Below, piece by piece: positions 1 to 9,539 of a stretch of DNA of 64,000 bases. This stretch comes from Ignavibacterium sp. GTDB taxonomy: Bacteria > Bacteroidota > Ignavibacteria > Ignavibacteriales > Ignavibacteriaceae. A program made the position numbers and the translations under genes. A model generated the notes under the pieces. That model worked only from the letters and a program-made list of their open reading frames with translations. It had not been told where the DNA came from and did no database searches. Each line of letters starts with the position of its first letter. The first letter of the stretch is position 1. The stretch spans positions 96,503-160,502 of the forward strand of contig NZ_JABRWE010000034.1 of NCBI RefSeq assembly GCF_039961615.1. Direction: 5' to 3'.

Positions 1-1
1 A

Positions 2-1795
2 GGGCTGGTTGAAAATCTTCGTTTGACATTAATTCGAAAAGATTTTGATGAGATATATCTTAAGGTAAATGCGAGATTAATTGACCTAAACGGAAACAAT
101 CAAAAAATTATTGAAGGAAATCTTCAGGATATTACAGAACAGGTAAAAGCTGAACAAATACGTGATGAATATCAGGAATCGTTAAAGAAAGAAAAAGAAA
201 AGTCTGAAAAACTTGCTCAGGAAGCTTTGAATCTCAGTCAGGTCAAAAGTAGATTTCTTGCGAATCTCAGCCACGAAGTAAGAACACCGCTTAACAGTAT
301 AATCGGACTTCTCTCAATTATTGAAGATGGAAATGCCAGAAGTGAAGATGAGGTCAGACAATTCATTTCAACCGCCAGAAGCTCTGCCGAATCTTTGCTC
401 GAAGTTATAAATGCAATTCTTGATTTATCTAAAATTGAAGCAGGAAAGATTGAGCTTGAAAAACTGAATTTTAATTTGCGTAAAGTAGTTGATCAGGCAG
501 TAATGGTAATTCATCAGAAAGCAAGAGAAAAAGGAATAAAGATTTTTGAAGAATTGCCGCCAAATGACGAACTGAATTTTGTTGGTGATCCCACGAGAAT
601 AAGACAGATTTATATAAATCTATTGGGAAATGCTGTTAAATTCACTGAAGAAGGTGAGATAAGAATTAAGGTTGAAACTGAAAATCAGAATGGCTCAAGA
701 ATAAAAATTATTTCATCCATAGAAGATACAGGTATCGGAATTCCAGCAGATAAAATATCTGAGCTATTCAAACCATTCTCTCAAGTTGATGGTTCTGAAG
801 GTAAGAAATTTGGTGGAACAGGTCTGGGATTAGTTATCTGTAAAGAATTCTTAAACTTGATGGACGGTGACATTAAAGTTGAAAGTGTTGAAGGTGTCGG
901 AACTAAATTTACATTTTATTTCTTCGTTGATCCGGCACTAAGTAATATTCTTGGTAAAAAATCCAACACAGATTCAGAGCAAAATAAAACTAATACTGAT
1001 TCGCTTCACGAACAGCTTGATCAGGTATTGGTAGAGCAGAGAAAAAAATTCAGAATATTGCTTGCTGAGGATAATCTTATCAATCAGAAAGTTGCAATAA
1101 GAACATTAACATCATTCGGATATCAGGTTGATGCAGTTTTGAATGGAGAACAAGCATTAAGTGAGCATAAGGCAAAAAATTATGATTTAATTCTTATGGA
1201 TATTCAAATGCCCGAAGTTGATGGTTACACTGCAACTAAAATGATCAGAAAATTAGACTCACCATTAAATTCAGTTCCAATTATTGCTCTTACTGCACAT
1301 GCTTTGCTTGGTGATAAAGAAAAATGCCTTATTGCAGGTATGAACGATTATATTTCCAAACCTGTTGTGGCTAAAGAAATCGTACAAATTCTCGATAAAT
1401 ACTTAGGGATTAAAAAAAATAAACCTCAAGGAGAAAATAAGGTGATGGATAAAGCATCTGCTCTGTTCGATTTCGACAGATTGAATCAGGTTAGCTTGGG
1501 GGATAAAGAGTTCGAAAAAGATTTACTCGGTGATTATTTCAAAGATGTTGAAATCAAGCTCGAAACTCTGAAGGAATTTATCTCACAAAGAAATCTTAAA
1601 AAGATTCAGGAATTAGCTCACACTCTTAAAGGATCAAGTTACTCGGTTGGGGCAAAAGCAATCGGTGATGAAGCTTTGGGCATTGAGCTATCAGCAAAAA
1701 GTCTGGATATTGAAAGCGTTGAGGAAAGAATGATTAAGCTCACCAAAGTTGTTCGTGAGTCAAAAGAATTATTTAAAGATGTGCTTGCGGACTAA
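2..1795 (+). CDS. hybrid sensor histidine kinase / response regulator with C-terminal HPt domain (5' end cut by window edge)
   Basis: The frame is open from nt 2, and the ORF track starts at an internal TTG at 23. It has an H-box SHEVRTPLN (HisKA), HATPase_c motifs (GNAVKFT, DTGIGI, GGTGLGL), a receiver domain (ILLAEDN...DLILMDIQMPEVDG...ALTAH...KP) and an HPt motif HTLKGSS. Confidence 0.9.
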   Translation, partial: GLVENLRLTLIRKDFDEIYLKVNARLIDLNGNNQKIIEGNLQDITEQVKAEQIRDEYQESLKKEKEKSEKLAQEALNLSQVKSRFLANLSHEVRTPLNSIIGLLSIIEDGNARSEDEVRQFISTARSSAESLLEVINAILDLSKIEAGKIELEKLNFNLRKVVDQAVMVIHQKAREKGIKIFEELPPNDELNFVGDPTRIRQIYINLLGNAVKFTEEGEIRIKVETENQNGSRIKIISSIEDTGIGIPADKISELFKPFSQVDGSEGKKFGGTGLGLVICKEFLNLMDGDIKVESVEGVGTKFTFYFFVDPALSNILGKKSNTDSEQNKTNTDSLHEQLDQVLVEQRKKFRILLAEDNLINQKVAIRTLTSFGYQVDAVLNGEQALSEHKAKNYDLILMDIQMPEVDGYTATKMIRKLDSPLNSVPIIALTAHALLGDKEKCLIAGMNDYISKPVVAKEIVQILDKYLGIKKNKPQGENKVMDKASALFDFDRLNQVSLGDKEFEKDLLGDYFKDVEIKLETLKEFISQRNLKKIQELAHTLKGSSYSVGAKAIGDEALGIELSAKSLDIESVEERMIKLTKVVRESKELFKDVLAD

Positions 1796-1817
1796 ATCAA
1801 ATCAAAATTACTAAAAG

Positions 1818-1855
1818 AAAAAGCCGCACCATTTAACGATGCGGCTTTTATTTTA
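1818..1855. terminator. bidirectional rho-independent terminator between convergent genes
   Basis: The stem AAGCCGCA (1821-1828) pairs with TGCGGCTT (1840-1847). It has an A-run on the left and a T-run (TTTTATTTT) on the right, and lies between a + gene ending at 1795 and a - gene ending at 1856. Confidence 0.75.
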
Positions 1856-3076
1856 TCAATTAAATTTCTTCAAAACTTTTCTAATAGTCTCAATTGCAAA
1901 ATCAATTTCTTCTTTATTAATAACAAGTGGTGGAGCAAATCTGATAATATCTCCGTGAGTCGGTTTTGCAAGCAAACCTTCTTCTTTCAGAGCAACACAA
2001 ACATCCCACGCAGTTTTACCGTCAGAAGTTGGTTTAATTACAATTGCATTCAGCAAACCTTTTCCGCGAACAAGAACAAGATTTTCAAATTCATCAACCA
2101 TTTTCTTAATTTCACTTCTGAAATATTCACCCATCTTTGCTGCATTATCAGCTAGTTTTTCTTCAACCAAAACTTGTAGCGAAGCAATTGCAACTCTAGC
2201 AGCTAATGGATTTCCACCGAATGTTGAACCGTGTTGACCTGGTTTAATTGTTAACATAATCTCATCGTTTGCAAGTACTGCAGAGACAGGCATTGTTCCA
2301 CCGGAAAGTGCTTTTCCTAAAATCAAAATATCAGGTTTAACATGTTCGTGATCGGATGCTAGCATTTTACCGGTTCTTGCCAATCCGGTTTGAACTTCAT
2401 CACAAACAAGTAAAACATTTTTTGCTTTGCACAACTCCTGAGCTTTTTTAAGATAACCTGTATCTGGAACAACAACACCTGCTTCGCCCTGAATAGGTTC
2501 AACCATAAATGCACAGACATCCGGGTCTTCAAGTGCTTTTTCCAAAGCCGGGATATCGTTAAAATGAATCTTTATAAATCCCGGAAGAAATGGTCCATAA
2601 CCTTCGTATGAATCAGGATCAGTTGATGCTGAAACTGCCATCATTGTTCTTCCATGGAAATTATCATTCGCAACAATAATCTTTGCGTTATATTTTTTTA
2701 TCCCTTTAACATCATAAGCCCAACGGCGAGCAAGCTTAACTGCAGTTTCGCCGCCTTCGACACCAGTATTCATAGGCAAAACTTTGTCATAACCCAAAAG
2801 TTCGGTTATGAATTTTTCATATTCACCGAGAACATTATTGTAAAAAGCTCGTGATGTTAAAGTTAAAGTCTGGGCTTGTTCAATCATTGCATTAACAATT
2901 TTTGGATGGCAATGTCCCTGATTAACAGCAGAGTATGCTGAAAGGAAATCCAGATATTTTTTCCCTTCAACATCCCAAACCCAAACTCCTTTTCCTTTTG
3001 CGATTACAACATCAAGTGGATGGTAATTGTGTGCACCGTACTTGTGCTCAAGCTCTATAAAATATTGTGAGTTCAT
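1856..3076 (-). CDS. rocD: ornithine aminotransferase (class III PLP aminotransferase)
   Basis: The 406 aa product has an N-terminus [12 protein letters not shown]...[33 protein letters not shown], which is typical of ornithine--oxo-acid transaminase. It also carries [11 protein letters not shown] and a PLP-lysine context ILGKALSGG. Confidence 0.85.
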   Translation of the reverse strand: MNSQYFIELEHKYGAHNYHPLDVVIAKGKGVWVWDVEGKKYLDFLSAYSAVNQGHCHPKIVNAMIEQAQTLTLTSRAFYNNVLGEYEKFITELLGYDKVLPMNTGVEGGETAVKLARRWAYDVKGIKKYNAKIIVANDNFHGRTMMAVSASTDPDSYEGYGPFLPGFIKIHFNDIPALEKALEDPDVCAFMVEPIQGEAGVVVPDTGYLKKAQELCKAKNVLLVCDEVQTGLARTGKMLASDHEHVKPDILILGKALSGGTMPVSAVLANDEIMLTIKPGQHGSTFGGNPLAARVAIASLQVLVEEKLADNAAKMGEYFRSEIKKMVDEFENLVLVRGKGLLNAIVIKPTSDGKTAWDVCVALKEEGLLAKPTHGDIIRFAPPLVINKEEIDFAIETIRKVLKKFN

Positions 3077-3251
3077 AATCCTTCCGTATTTTGTTTCATA
3101 AATGATAAAAATGCATCCGAAAATTACCGCCGCAGTCGATGATTACCAAAGTAATTTGTGATGAATATCCTCAGGATGCTGAAGTGCTTTATTTAATCTT
3201 GTTTATTGCATCCGGGTTTGATAATTTTTGAAAAAATAATTAAAGAATTAA

Positions 3252-3689
3252 ATGACAGTAACTATTGGAACATATTCCTTCAGTGTTAAAACTAAAGGTA
3301 ATTGTGATATTATTGATATTACTTCTGCAGTAGAAAAATTAATTGAAGAGAATAATTTTATTGAAGGAAACGCCTTAATATTTATTAGCGGTTCAACAGC
3401 GGCAATTACAACAATTGAATATGAACCTGGTTTGCTGAAGGATTATCCCAGGCTATTCGATAAACTAATACCAGAAAGTGAATCTTATCATCATAATTTT
3501 ACCTGGCAAGATGGAAATGGTCATTCTCATTTACGGGCATCTTTGCAGAAATCATCATTCACAGTTCCATTTAAGAATTCTAAATTACTTTTGGGAACCT
3601 GGCAACAGATAATTCTTGTTGATTTTGATAATCGCTCAAGAAACAGGGAAATAATTGTTCAATTAACCGGACTTAAAGCAACCGAATAG
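3252..3689 (+). CDS. YjbQ/UPF0047 family protein (secondary thiamine-phosphate synthase-like)
   Basis: The 145 aa product has the family-typical motifs ITSAV, SGSTAAITTIEYEPG, GNGHSHLRASL and LGTWQQIILVDFD. Confidence 0.8.
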   Translation: MTVTIGTYSFSVKTKGNCDIIDITSAVEKLIEENNFIEGNALIFISGSTAAITTIEYEPGLLKDYPRLFDKLIPESESYHHNFTWQDGNGHSHLRASLQKSSFTVPFKNSKLLLGTWQQIILVDFDNRSRNREIIVQLTGLKATE

Positions 3690-3699
3690 GAAAAACAAA

Positions 3700-6540
3700 A
3701 TGAAAAAACTATTGAATCTTACTTTTTTATTCTTTTCTATAAATATTTACCCTCAGATAGTTGTAACTCAACCAGAATATCCAACTCAGTTAGATAGTAT
3801 TGTAATTTTTTTTGATGCAACTCAACCTGGTGCTGAAGAATTACTAAACTATACCGGAACAGTTTACGCTCACACAGGAGTAAATACTAATTTTGGTAAT
3901 TGGCAGCATGTGATTGGTAGTTGGGGAAATAATCAAACTCAGCCGGCTTTGACAAGATTGGGCCCCAATCTTTATAAATTAACTGTTGGTTATCCAAGAA
4001 TATTTTACAGTGTGACAAATCCAGCAGAAATCATCAATGCGATAGCTTTAGTCTTTAGAAGCGCTGACGCAACAAAACAAACACGTCCGGATATTTTCTT
4101 AAATTTATATCAATCAGGATTAAATCTAGTTGTTCAGAATCCTGTTGTATCAGTTCAGTTTGGAGACCCACAACGCTCGCCGGCATTTGTAAAAGAAGGT
4201 GAAACAGTTCCAATTGACATTCGTGCTGTTGAAATTCAGACAAGAGTTCAATCAATAACTTTGTTTGTTGATGGAAATCAGTTAGCACAGAGTGATTCTT
4301 CAAGATTGGTTTATAACTTTTCATACTCAAATTTCTCTGTTGGACCACATATAGTTAAAGTTGTTGGAGTTGATACTGCAAATAGTATTGATTCAACCTC
4401 ATTTATGATGTTTGTAAATCCTCAAATTGTTGACGCACCATTACCAAATGCCATACGACCGGGAATAAATTATACAAGTCCTGTTTCAGCAACACTTGCA
4501 CTCTTTGCTCCATATAAAGATTTTGTTTATGTCATTGGCGATTTCAATGATTGGAAAGTCCAAACAAATTATTTTATGAAAAGACAATATGTTAATCAGG
4601 ATAGTGTTATTTGGTGGTTAGAACTTTCCTCTCTGAGTCCGGGAGTTGAGTATGCATTTCAATATTTAGTTGATGGTAAAATCAGAACAGGAGATCCATA
4701 CTCAGAAAAAATTCTTGATCCGTGGAATGATCAATTCATTCCCGCAACGACTTATCCGAACTTAAAACCATATCCGAGTGGAAAGACAGAAAAGATCGTT
4801 AGTATTTTACAGCCAGGTCAATCGCAATATCAATGGCAGGTTCAGAATTTTCAAAAACCTCCGAAAGAAAATCTCGTGATATATGAGTTACACATTCGTG
4901 ATTTTTCTACACAAAGAAATTTTCAATTCCTTATTGATACTTTATCTTATCTTAAATCGCTTGGAGTTAACGCTATTGAATTGATGCCGATTATGGAATT
5001 CAGTGGTAATCTTAGTTGGGGCTATAATCCAATTTATCACACCGCAGTAGATAAATATTATGGAACCGCAAATAAATTAAAGCAGTTCATAGATCTTTGT
5101 CACCAGAATGGAATTGCAGTTATCCTTGATATGGTTTTAAACCACGCTGATAATCTGTCACCTTTGGCAATGTTGTGGTGGGATGATATTCAAAACAGAC
5201 CGGCACAAAATAATCCTTATCTGAATCCTGTTGCAAGACATCCGTTTAATGTTTTTAATGATTTTAACCACGAAAGCAATGCAACAAAATATTTTGTAGA
5301 TAGAGTAAACGAATATTGGTTAAAGCAATTCAAGTTTGATGGATTCAGATTTGATCTTTCGAAAGGTTTTACACAGAATTTTTCCAATGATGTTGGTCAA
5401 TGGAGTCAATATGATCAATCACGAATAAATATCCTTACCAGAATGGCTGATAAAATTTGGGAAGTTGACTCAACTGCTTATGTAATACTTGAGCATTTTG
5501 CAGATAACTCTGAGGAAGTTGTTCTTTCAAACTACGGTATGTTGTTGTGGGGAAATCTTAATCACGATTACAGTGAAGCTGCAATGGGATATCAATCAAG
5601 TTTAAGTTGGGGTTCATACAAAACACGCGGCTGGGCATATCCTCATTTGATAACTTATATGGAAAGCCACGATGAAGAAAGATTGATGTATAAAAATCTG
5701 ATGTATGGAAATTCATTAGGTGATTACAATATCAGAAACTTATCAATTGCTTTGCAAAGAATTAAGCTTGCAGCAACATTTCTTTTCCCAATTCCAGGAC
5801 CTAAAATGTTTTGGCAGTTTGGTGAGCTTGGTTATGATATCAGTATTGATTTTAATGGAAGAACCGGAGAAAAGCCTGTTAAATGGGATTACCTTAATGA
5901 TCTTCGAAGAAAAAATCTTTATAAGGTTTTCAGAGAGTTAATTAATCTTAAAAAGAATTATGAAGCATTCAGTACGAGTAACTTTACAATGGACACAGGT
6001 GGATTTATAAAGAAAATTAATCTTTATCATCCGACAATGGATGTAGCAATCATTGGAAATTTTTATGTTGGACCACTTTCTCCGTCAGCTAATTTTAGTT
6101 CAACAGGTTGGTGGTATGATTACTTCAGTGGTGATAGTATTGAAGTAACGAATCCAAATCAGCAAATAACACTTGAGCCAGGTGAATTTCACATTTATAC
6201 AAATGTTAAGCTTCCGACTCCGGAACCCGGATTATTGCTTGATGCAGAAGAGGTTAGTGAATCAATTCCAACTGAATTTTACTTAGAGCAAAACTACCCA
6301 AACCCATTTAATCCAACAACCAAAATTACATTTTTCATTCCGAGCGGAGCGAGGAATCTTGTAACAATAAAAGTTTTTGACATTCTCGGTAATGAAGTTT
6401 CAACATTAGTAAACGAACAAAAAGAACCCGGATATTATGAAGTAGAATTCAATGCAGAGCGATTATCCAGCGGAGTATATTTTTATCGATTGCAAGCGGG
6501 CAATTTTACACAAACGAAGAAAATGATATTGATGAAATAA
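3700..6540 (+). CDS. secreted GH13 alpha-amylase-family glycosidase with CBM48-like module and T9SS C-terminal sorting domain
   Basis: It has a signal peptide and a CBM48-like stretch YVIGDFNDWK. The GH13 conserved regions are present (DMVLNHA, GFRFDLSKG, ILEHF, YMESHDEER). The C-terminus is a T9SS CTD, EQNYPNPFNPTTKI...GVYFYRLQAG...KKMILMK. Confidence 0.85.
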   Translation: MKKLLNLTFLFFSINIYPQIVVTQPEYPTQLDSIVIFFDATQPGAEELLNYTGTVYAHTGVNTNFGNWQHVIGSWGNNQTQPALTRLGPNLYKLTVGYPRIFYSVTNPAEIINAIALVFRSADATKQTRPDIFLNLYQSGLNLVVQNPVVSVQFGDPQRSPAFVKEGETVPIDIRAVEIQTRVQSITLFVDGNQLAQSDSSRLVYNFSYSNFSVGPHIVKVVGVDTANSIDSTSFMMFVNPQIVDAPLPNAIRPGINYTSPVSATLALFAPYKDFVYVIGDFNDWKVQTNYFMKRQYVNQDSVIWWLELSSLSPGVEYAFQYLVDGKIRTGDPYSEKILDPWNDQFIPATTYPNLKPYPSGKTEKIVSILQPGQSQYQWQVQNFQKPPKENLVIYELHIRDFSTQRNFQFLIDTLSYLKSLGVNAIELMPIMEFSGNLSWGYNPIYHTAVDKYYGTANKLKQFIDLCHQNGIAVILDMVLNHADNLSPLAMLWWDDIQNRPAQNNPYLNPVARHPFNVFNDFNHESNATKYFVDRVNEYWLKQFKFDGFRFDLSKGFTQNFSNDVGQWSQYDQSRINILTRMADKIWEVDSTAYVILEHFADNSEEVVLSNYGMLLWGNLNHDYSEAAMGYQSSLSWGSYKTRGWAYPHLITYMESHDEERLMYKNLMYGNSLGDYNIRNLSIALQRIKLAATFLFPIPGPKMFWQFGELGYDISIDFNGRTGEKPVKWDYLNDLRRKNLYKVFRELINLKKNYEAFSTSNFTMDTGGFIKKINLYHPTMDVAIIGNFYVGPLSPSANFSSTGWWYDYFSGDSIEVTNPNQQITLEPGEFHIYTNVKLPTPEPGLLLDAEEVSESIPTEFYLEQNYPNPFNPTTKITFFIPSGARNLVTIKVFDILGNEVSTLVNEQKEPGYYEVEFNAERLSSGVYFYRLQAGNFTQTKKMILMK

Positions 6541-6545
6541 AAAGT

Positions 6546-6619
6546 CTTTGCGGTACTTTACGACATCCTTCGCGTCCTTTGCGGTGAAAAAGCAATTTAA
6601 CCGCGAGGAGCGCAAAGGT
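6546..6619. repeat. CTTTGCGGT/ACCGC..GCAAAGG repeat element in convergent intergenic region
   Basis: TCTTTGCGGT (6546-6555) and CCTTTGCGGT (6576-6585) are direct copies. GCGCAAAGG (6610-6618) and ACCGC (6600-6604) are inverted partners, so a stem-loop is possible. This may be a terminator or a REP-like element. Confidence 0.4.
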
Positions 6620-6643
6620 TTCGCTAAGAACGCACAGACATAA

Positions 6644-7423
6644 TCAAATAAAATGAGTTGCTTGGATAGACAAAGCTCTTGATAAAATAATTCCGGATGC
6701 TATTGCGACATTTAATGACTCGGCATTGCCGAACTTGGGGATTGTTAAAATATCATCTGCAATCTTCTTAACTGAATCTGAAGGACCTGCTGCTTCATTA
6801 GAAAAGACGAGAACAAACTTTTCCGGAAATTTAAATTCGAAAAGATTTTTCCCGTCCAGGTCAGAGCAAATGACTTTAAAATTTTTGCTTTGCAAATCTG
6901 CCAGAACTTCTGAATCGAGCTCTTCAAAAATGTAAATGTGAAAAATCGAGCCCATTGATGCTCTTATCGCTTTCGGATTAAGATAATCAACAGAGTTTTT
7001 ACTGATTAAAATTTCATTAATCCCAAACCAGTCACAAGTTCTGATAATTGTTCCAAGATTTCCCGGATCAGAAATATTATCAAGATAAACCAGAATTTTT
7101 GATTCAGTTTTATCAGGATAGAAATTAAGTTTAGCATACTTAAATACCGCAGCAATTCCCTGAGGAGATTTAGTCTCAGAGATTCTGATAAAATCCTGTG
7201 AGCGAATTGTTTCGATTCGGATTTTCTTTCTATTAGCTTCTTTAAGTAAACTTTTATGTTGTTCAGCAAATTCAAAAGTGGTTAAAATTATTTCGCAGCT
7301 AAAATGACTGTTGAGACCTTCAGTAACATTTTTTAATCCCTCAACAAGAAACTTTAATTCGCTTTCACGAAATTTCTTTTGGGAAAGAGATGAATAATAT
7401 TTTAACTCATTTCTTGTAATCAT
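6644..7423 (-). CDS. TrmH/SpoU-family RNA 2'-O-methyltransferase
   Basis: The 259 aa product has the SpoU methylase motifs LDNISDPGNLGTIIRT, LVFSNEAAG and ESLNVAIASGIIL, preceded by an N-terminal substrate-binding-like region. Confidence 0.85.
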   Translation of the reverse strand: MITRNELKYYSSLSQKKFRESELKFLVEGLKNVTEGLNSHFSCEIILTTFEFAEQHKSLLKEANRKKIRIETIRSQDFIRISETKSPQGIAAVFKYAKLNFYPDKTESKILVYLDNISDPGNLGTIIRTCDWFGINEILISKNSVDYLNPKAIRASMGSIFHIYIFEELDSEVLADLQSKNFKVICSDLDGKNLFEFKFPEKFVLVFSNEAAGPSDSVKKIADDILTIPKFGNAESLNVAIASGIILSRALSIQATHFI

Positions 7424-7761
7424 AAAAGTTTATCATAGTTCTGACGAATATTATCTTTTTCACCCTTTTCAAGTTCCTTTAAATATTCCCACGAATAAAT
7501 TCCTGTGTTATGTCCATCCTTCCAGGTAATTTGAATTGCATATCCGCCAACAACTTCAATATTCTGAATTTCATACATTCCTTCTTTAATGAAATTCAAC
7601 TTTGGTGGACGATAAGTCTTCAATAGAATTGTCTCTCCTTTACAATTGGCACAAGGACATTCATCACGAAGATATTTTAATCCAATGGTTGATTCTGTAT
7701 CATCATCCCATTTAACAAACAACTTAGTTTTATCCAGAATTTTTATTTGTTTAGGTTTCAT
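7420..7761 (-). CDS. DUF971 family protein (gamma-butyrobetaine hydroxylase-like N-terminal domain)
   Basis: The 113 aa product has LRDECPCANCKGE followed by a Y..I.W.DGH..GIYSW pattern. Its stop overlaps the trmH-like start by 4 nt. Confidence 0.7.
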   Translation of the reverse strand: MKPKQIKILDKTKLFVKWDDDTESTIGLKYLRDECPCANCKGETILLKTYRPPKLNFIKEGMYEIQNIEVVGGYAIQITWKDGHNTGIYSWEYLKELEKGEKDNIRQNYDKLL

Positions 7762-7856
7762 AAAATAAAATTCAATGTGATTTACTATGCAAATATAACT
7801 TATGATTGAGCAAAGATTATACTATTTTTGTGTAGGCAAAATAATCTAAAGGAAAG

Positions 7857-9167
7857 ATGCTTTTAATAATATTATTTCTGATTCTGGTGTTTATTAATTT
7901 CTTACTATCCATATCAGAAATTGCTCTTGGTGCTTTTGGTGAAAATAAAATAGAAGAACTTCGTGAAGCAAAAGATGAAACCGTAACTTACTTTGAAAAA
8001 CTAAATTCACAACAGGAAGAAGTTTACGGGACGATTCAATTTATTTATCATTTTTTACTTATTACAATAAGCATACTTGGATATTTTATCCTTTCGAGAA
8101 ATATATTAAATCTTATTTCCAAAGCAGAAGAACTGAGTGATGTTGCTGATATTGTTGCAGTTCTCTTAACTGCACTAATTCTTACTCTCATTGTATTGAT
8201 TTTTAATGTTCTTTTACCAAAGGCAATTGCATTCAGATATTCTGATTATATAGGAAAAAAATCTGTAAGAAAAATACTTTTACTCGCAACTATTTTCAGA
8301 TATCCGATAAAGTTAATTTCAGCCGCAGCAAACTTTATTCTTGTTCCAATAAAAGAAAAAATTGGATTCTCACAGTCGAAACCATTTGAAGATGAAATAC
8401 TTGATATAATTTCTGATGGTGTAAAATCAGGAACACTTGATGAGACTGAGCAGCAGATAATCGAAAATGTATTTGAGTTTACTGATTTAAAGGCAAACGA
8501 AGTAATGATTCCACGAACAGAGATGGTAGCAATCAATATAGATGATGATTTCGATTTGAACATTAAAAAAATTATTCAAACTGGTCATACTCTCATACCC
8601 GTTTATGAAAATTCAATTGATAATATAATCGGAGTACTTCACACAAAAGATGTAATGAAATCATTGATTGAGAAAAAAAATATATCACTTAAGGAATTGA
8701 TGAGACCAGTTTATTATGTCCCTGAATCCAAACCAATTTCTCATATATTAAGAGATATGCAGAAACAAGGACAAAGACTTGCGATTGTAACAGATGAATA
8801 TGGTGGAACTGAAGGAATGATAACAATGGAAGATATTCTTGAAGAAATTATTGGTGAAATCAGGAATGAAGGTAAAGAATATAAATTATACAACAGGGGC
8901 AAAGACGGAAAATATTATATACTTGGTTCGATGAACATCAGTGATTTTAATGAAGTTTTTAATTATAAATTACCTGAGTCCGAAGAGTATAACACAATAG
9001 CAGGATTCGTTGCTGAAAGAACCGGAAGAATTTTGAATCCAGGCGATCAATTGGAATTTGAAGGATTAGTTTTTGAACTTATTAAGAAAATTCGTCAGAA
9101 AATGGTTCAATTTCGGGTTTACTCACAAAAAGGTGATTTAAAGGAAATCGAAGAAGAAAAATCTTGA
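7857..9167 (+). CDS. CNNM/HlyC/CorC-family membrane protein (DUF21 + CBS pair + CorC_HlyC)
   Basis: The N-terminal part is a multi-TM DUF21 region. VMIPRTEMVAI begins the CBS pair, AIVTDEYGGTEGMITMEDILEEIIGEI is also present, and the C-terminus is a CorC_HlyC transporter-associated domain. Confidence 0.85.
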   Translation: MLLIILFLILVFINFLLSISEIALGAFGENKIEELREAKDETVTYFEKLNSQQEEVYGTIQFIYHFLLITISILGYFILSRNILNLISKAEELSDVADIVAVLLTALILTLIVLIFNVLLPKAIAFRYSDYIGKKSVRKILLLATIFRYPIKLISAAANFILVPIKEKIGFSQSKPFEDEILDIISDGVKSGTLDETEQQIIENVFEFTDLKANEVMIPRTEMVAINIDDDFDLNIKKIIQTGHTLIPVYENSIDNIIGVLHTKDVMKSLIEKKNISLKELMRPVYYVPESKPISHILRDMQKQGQRLAIVTDEYGGTEGMITMEDILEEIIGEIRNEGKEYKLYNRGKDGKYYILGSMNISDFNEVFNYKLPESEEYNTIAGFVAERTGRILNPGDQLEFEGLVFELIKKIRQKMVQFRVYSQKGDLKEIEEEKS

Positions 9168-9212
9168 TTAGAAGTTGGAATTACTATAACTTTGGCTCGC
9201 AAATTTTGAAAT

Positions 9213-9285
9213 GCTGGCGTAGCTCAGTTGGTAGAGCAGCTGACTTGTAATCAGCAGGTCGGGGGTTCAAATCCCTTCGCCAGCT
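9213..9285 (+). tRNA. tRNA-Thr (anticodon TGT)
   Basis: A hand-folded cloverleaf fits. The acceptor stem is GCTGGCG/CGCCAGC and the D arm is GCTC-AGTTGGTA-GAGC. The anticodon arm is GCTGA-CTTGTAA-TCAGC, giving anticodon TGT. The variable loop is AGGTC, the T arm is GGGGG-TTCAAAT-CCCTT, and the discriminator is T. CCA is not encoded. Confidence 0.9.
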
Positions 9286-9290
9286 CAGAC

Positions 9291-9318
9291 AAAACCCGAT
9301 TTAAAAGTCGGGTTTTTG
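9291..9318 (+). terminator. rho-independent terminator after tRNA-Thr
   Basis: AAAACCCGA (9291-9299) pairs with TCGGGTTTT (9308-9316) and ends in a T-run. Confidence 0.75.
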
Positions 9319-9340
9319 CATTTTGAACAGAGAGATAATG

Positions 9341-9430
9341 AGCAGGTCGGGGGTTCTGCGAAGCATCCTTTGGAAAATCCCTTCGCCAGCTCAGACAAAA
9401 CCCGATTTAAAAGTCGGGTTTTTGCATTTT
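9341..9430 (+). pseudogene. duplicated 3' half of tRNA-Thr (18-nt insertion in T-loop) plus duplicated terminator
   Basis: Positions 9341-9356 match 9253-9268 (AGCAGGTCGGGGGTTC). An 18-nt insert TGCGAAGCATCCTTTGGA follows. Positions 9375-9430 then match 9269-9324 as a 56-nt identical block covering the T-arm 3' side, the acceptor 3' strand and the terminator. Confidence 0.85.
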
Positions 9431-9539
9431 AAATACATAATGGTAATCATAAAGAGTTGGCTCCGATGTTTTCAGGGCTATTATCTTCAATCTAGATAAA
9501 TCTAAAAATTTTTCTAGCATTAAGTTGATTTTTTTTCTA

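Noticed and set aside
1955-2854. Short plus-strand ORFs (1955-2155, 2654-2854) inside the minus-strand rocD gene. The same pattern recurs across the window, for example 4055-4348, 5720-5941, 6726-7275, 8246-8563, 10861-11055, 15903-16203, 23673-23909, 24324-25767, 26230-26594, 27343-27887, 31220-31534, 40568-41272, 42999-43277, 43567-44413, 46717-46983, 48257-48990, 50410-50646, 53114-54957, 55235-55438, 57499-58153, 58779-59233, 62138-62332 and 63338-63627.
   Set aside because: All lie antisense to or out of frame within long ORFs that have clear family motifs. Their translations are low-complexity or Cys/His/Phe-rich with no recognisable motifs, as expected for chance ORFs in AT-rich DNA.
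6340-6365. The GC-rich stretch CCGAGCGGAGCGAGGAATCTT inside the amylase CTD as an inserted repeat element.
   Set aside because: It is in frame, encodes the normal CTD strand region (IPSGARNLVTIKVFD), and has no second copy in the window.
9252-9430. The possibility that the tandem direct repeats are a minimal CRISPR array.
   Set aside because: There are only two copies. The repeat unit is a tRNA 3' half plus terminator (56 nt and more), the spacer is 16 nt, and no cas genes are present in the window.
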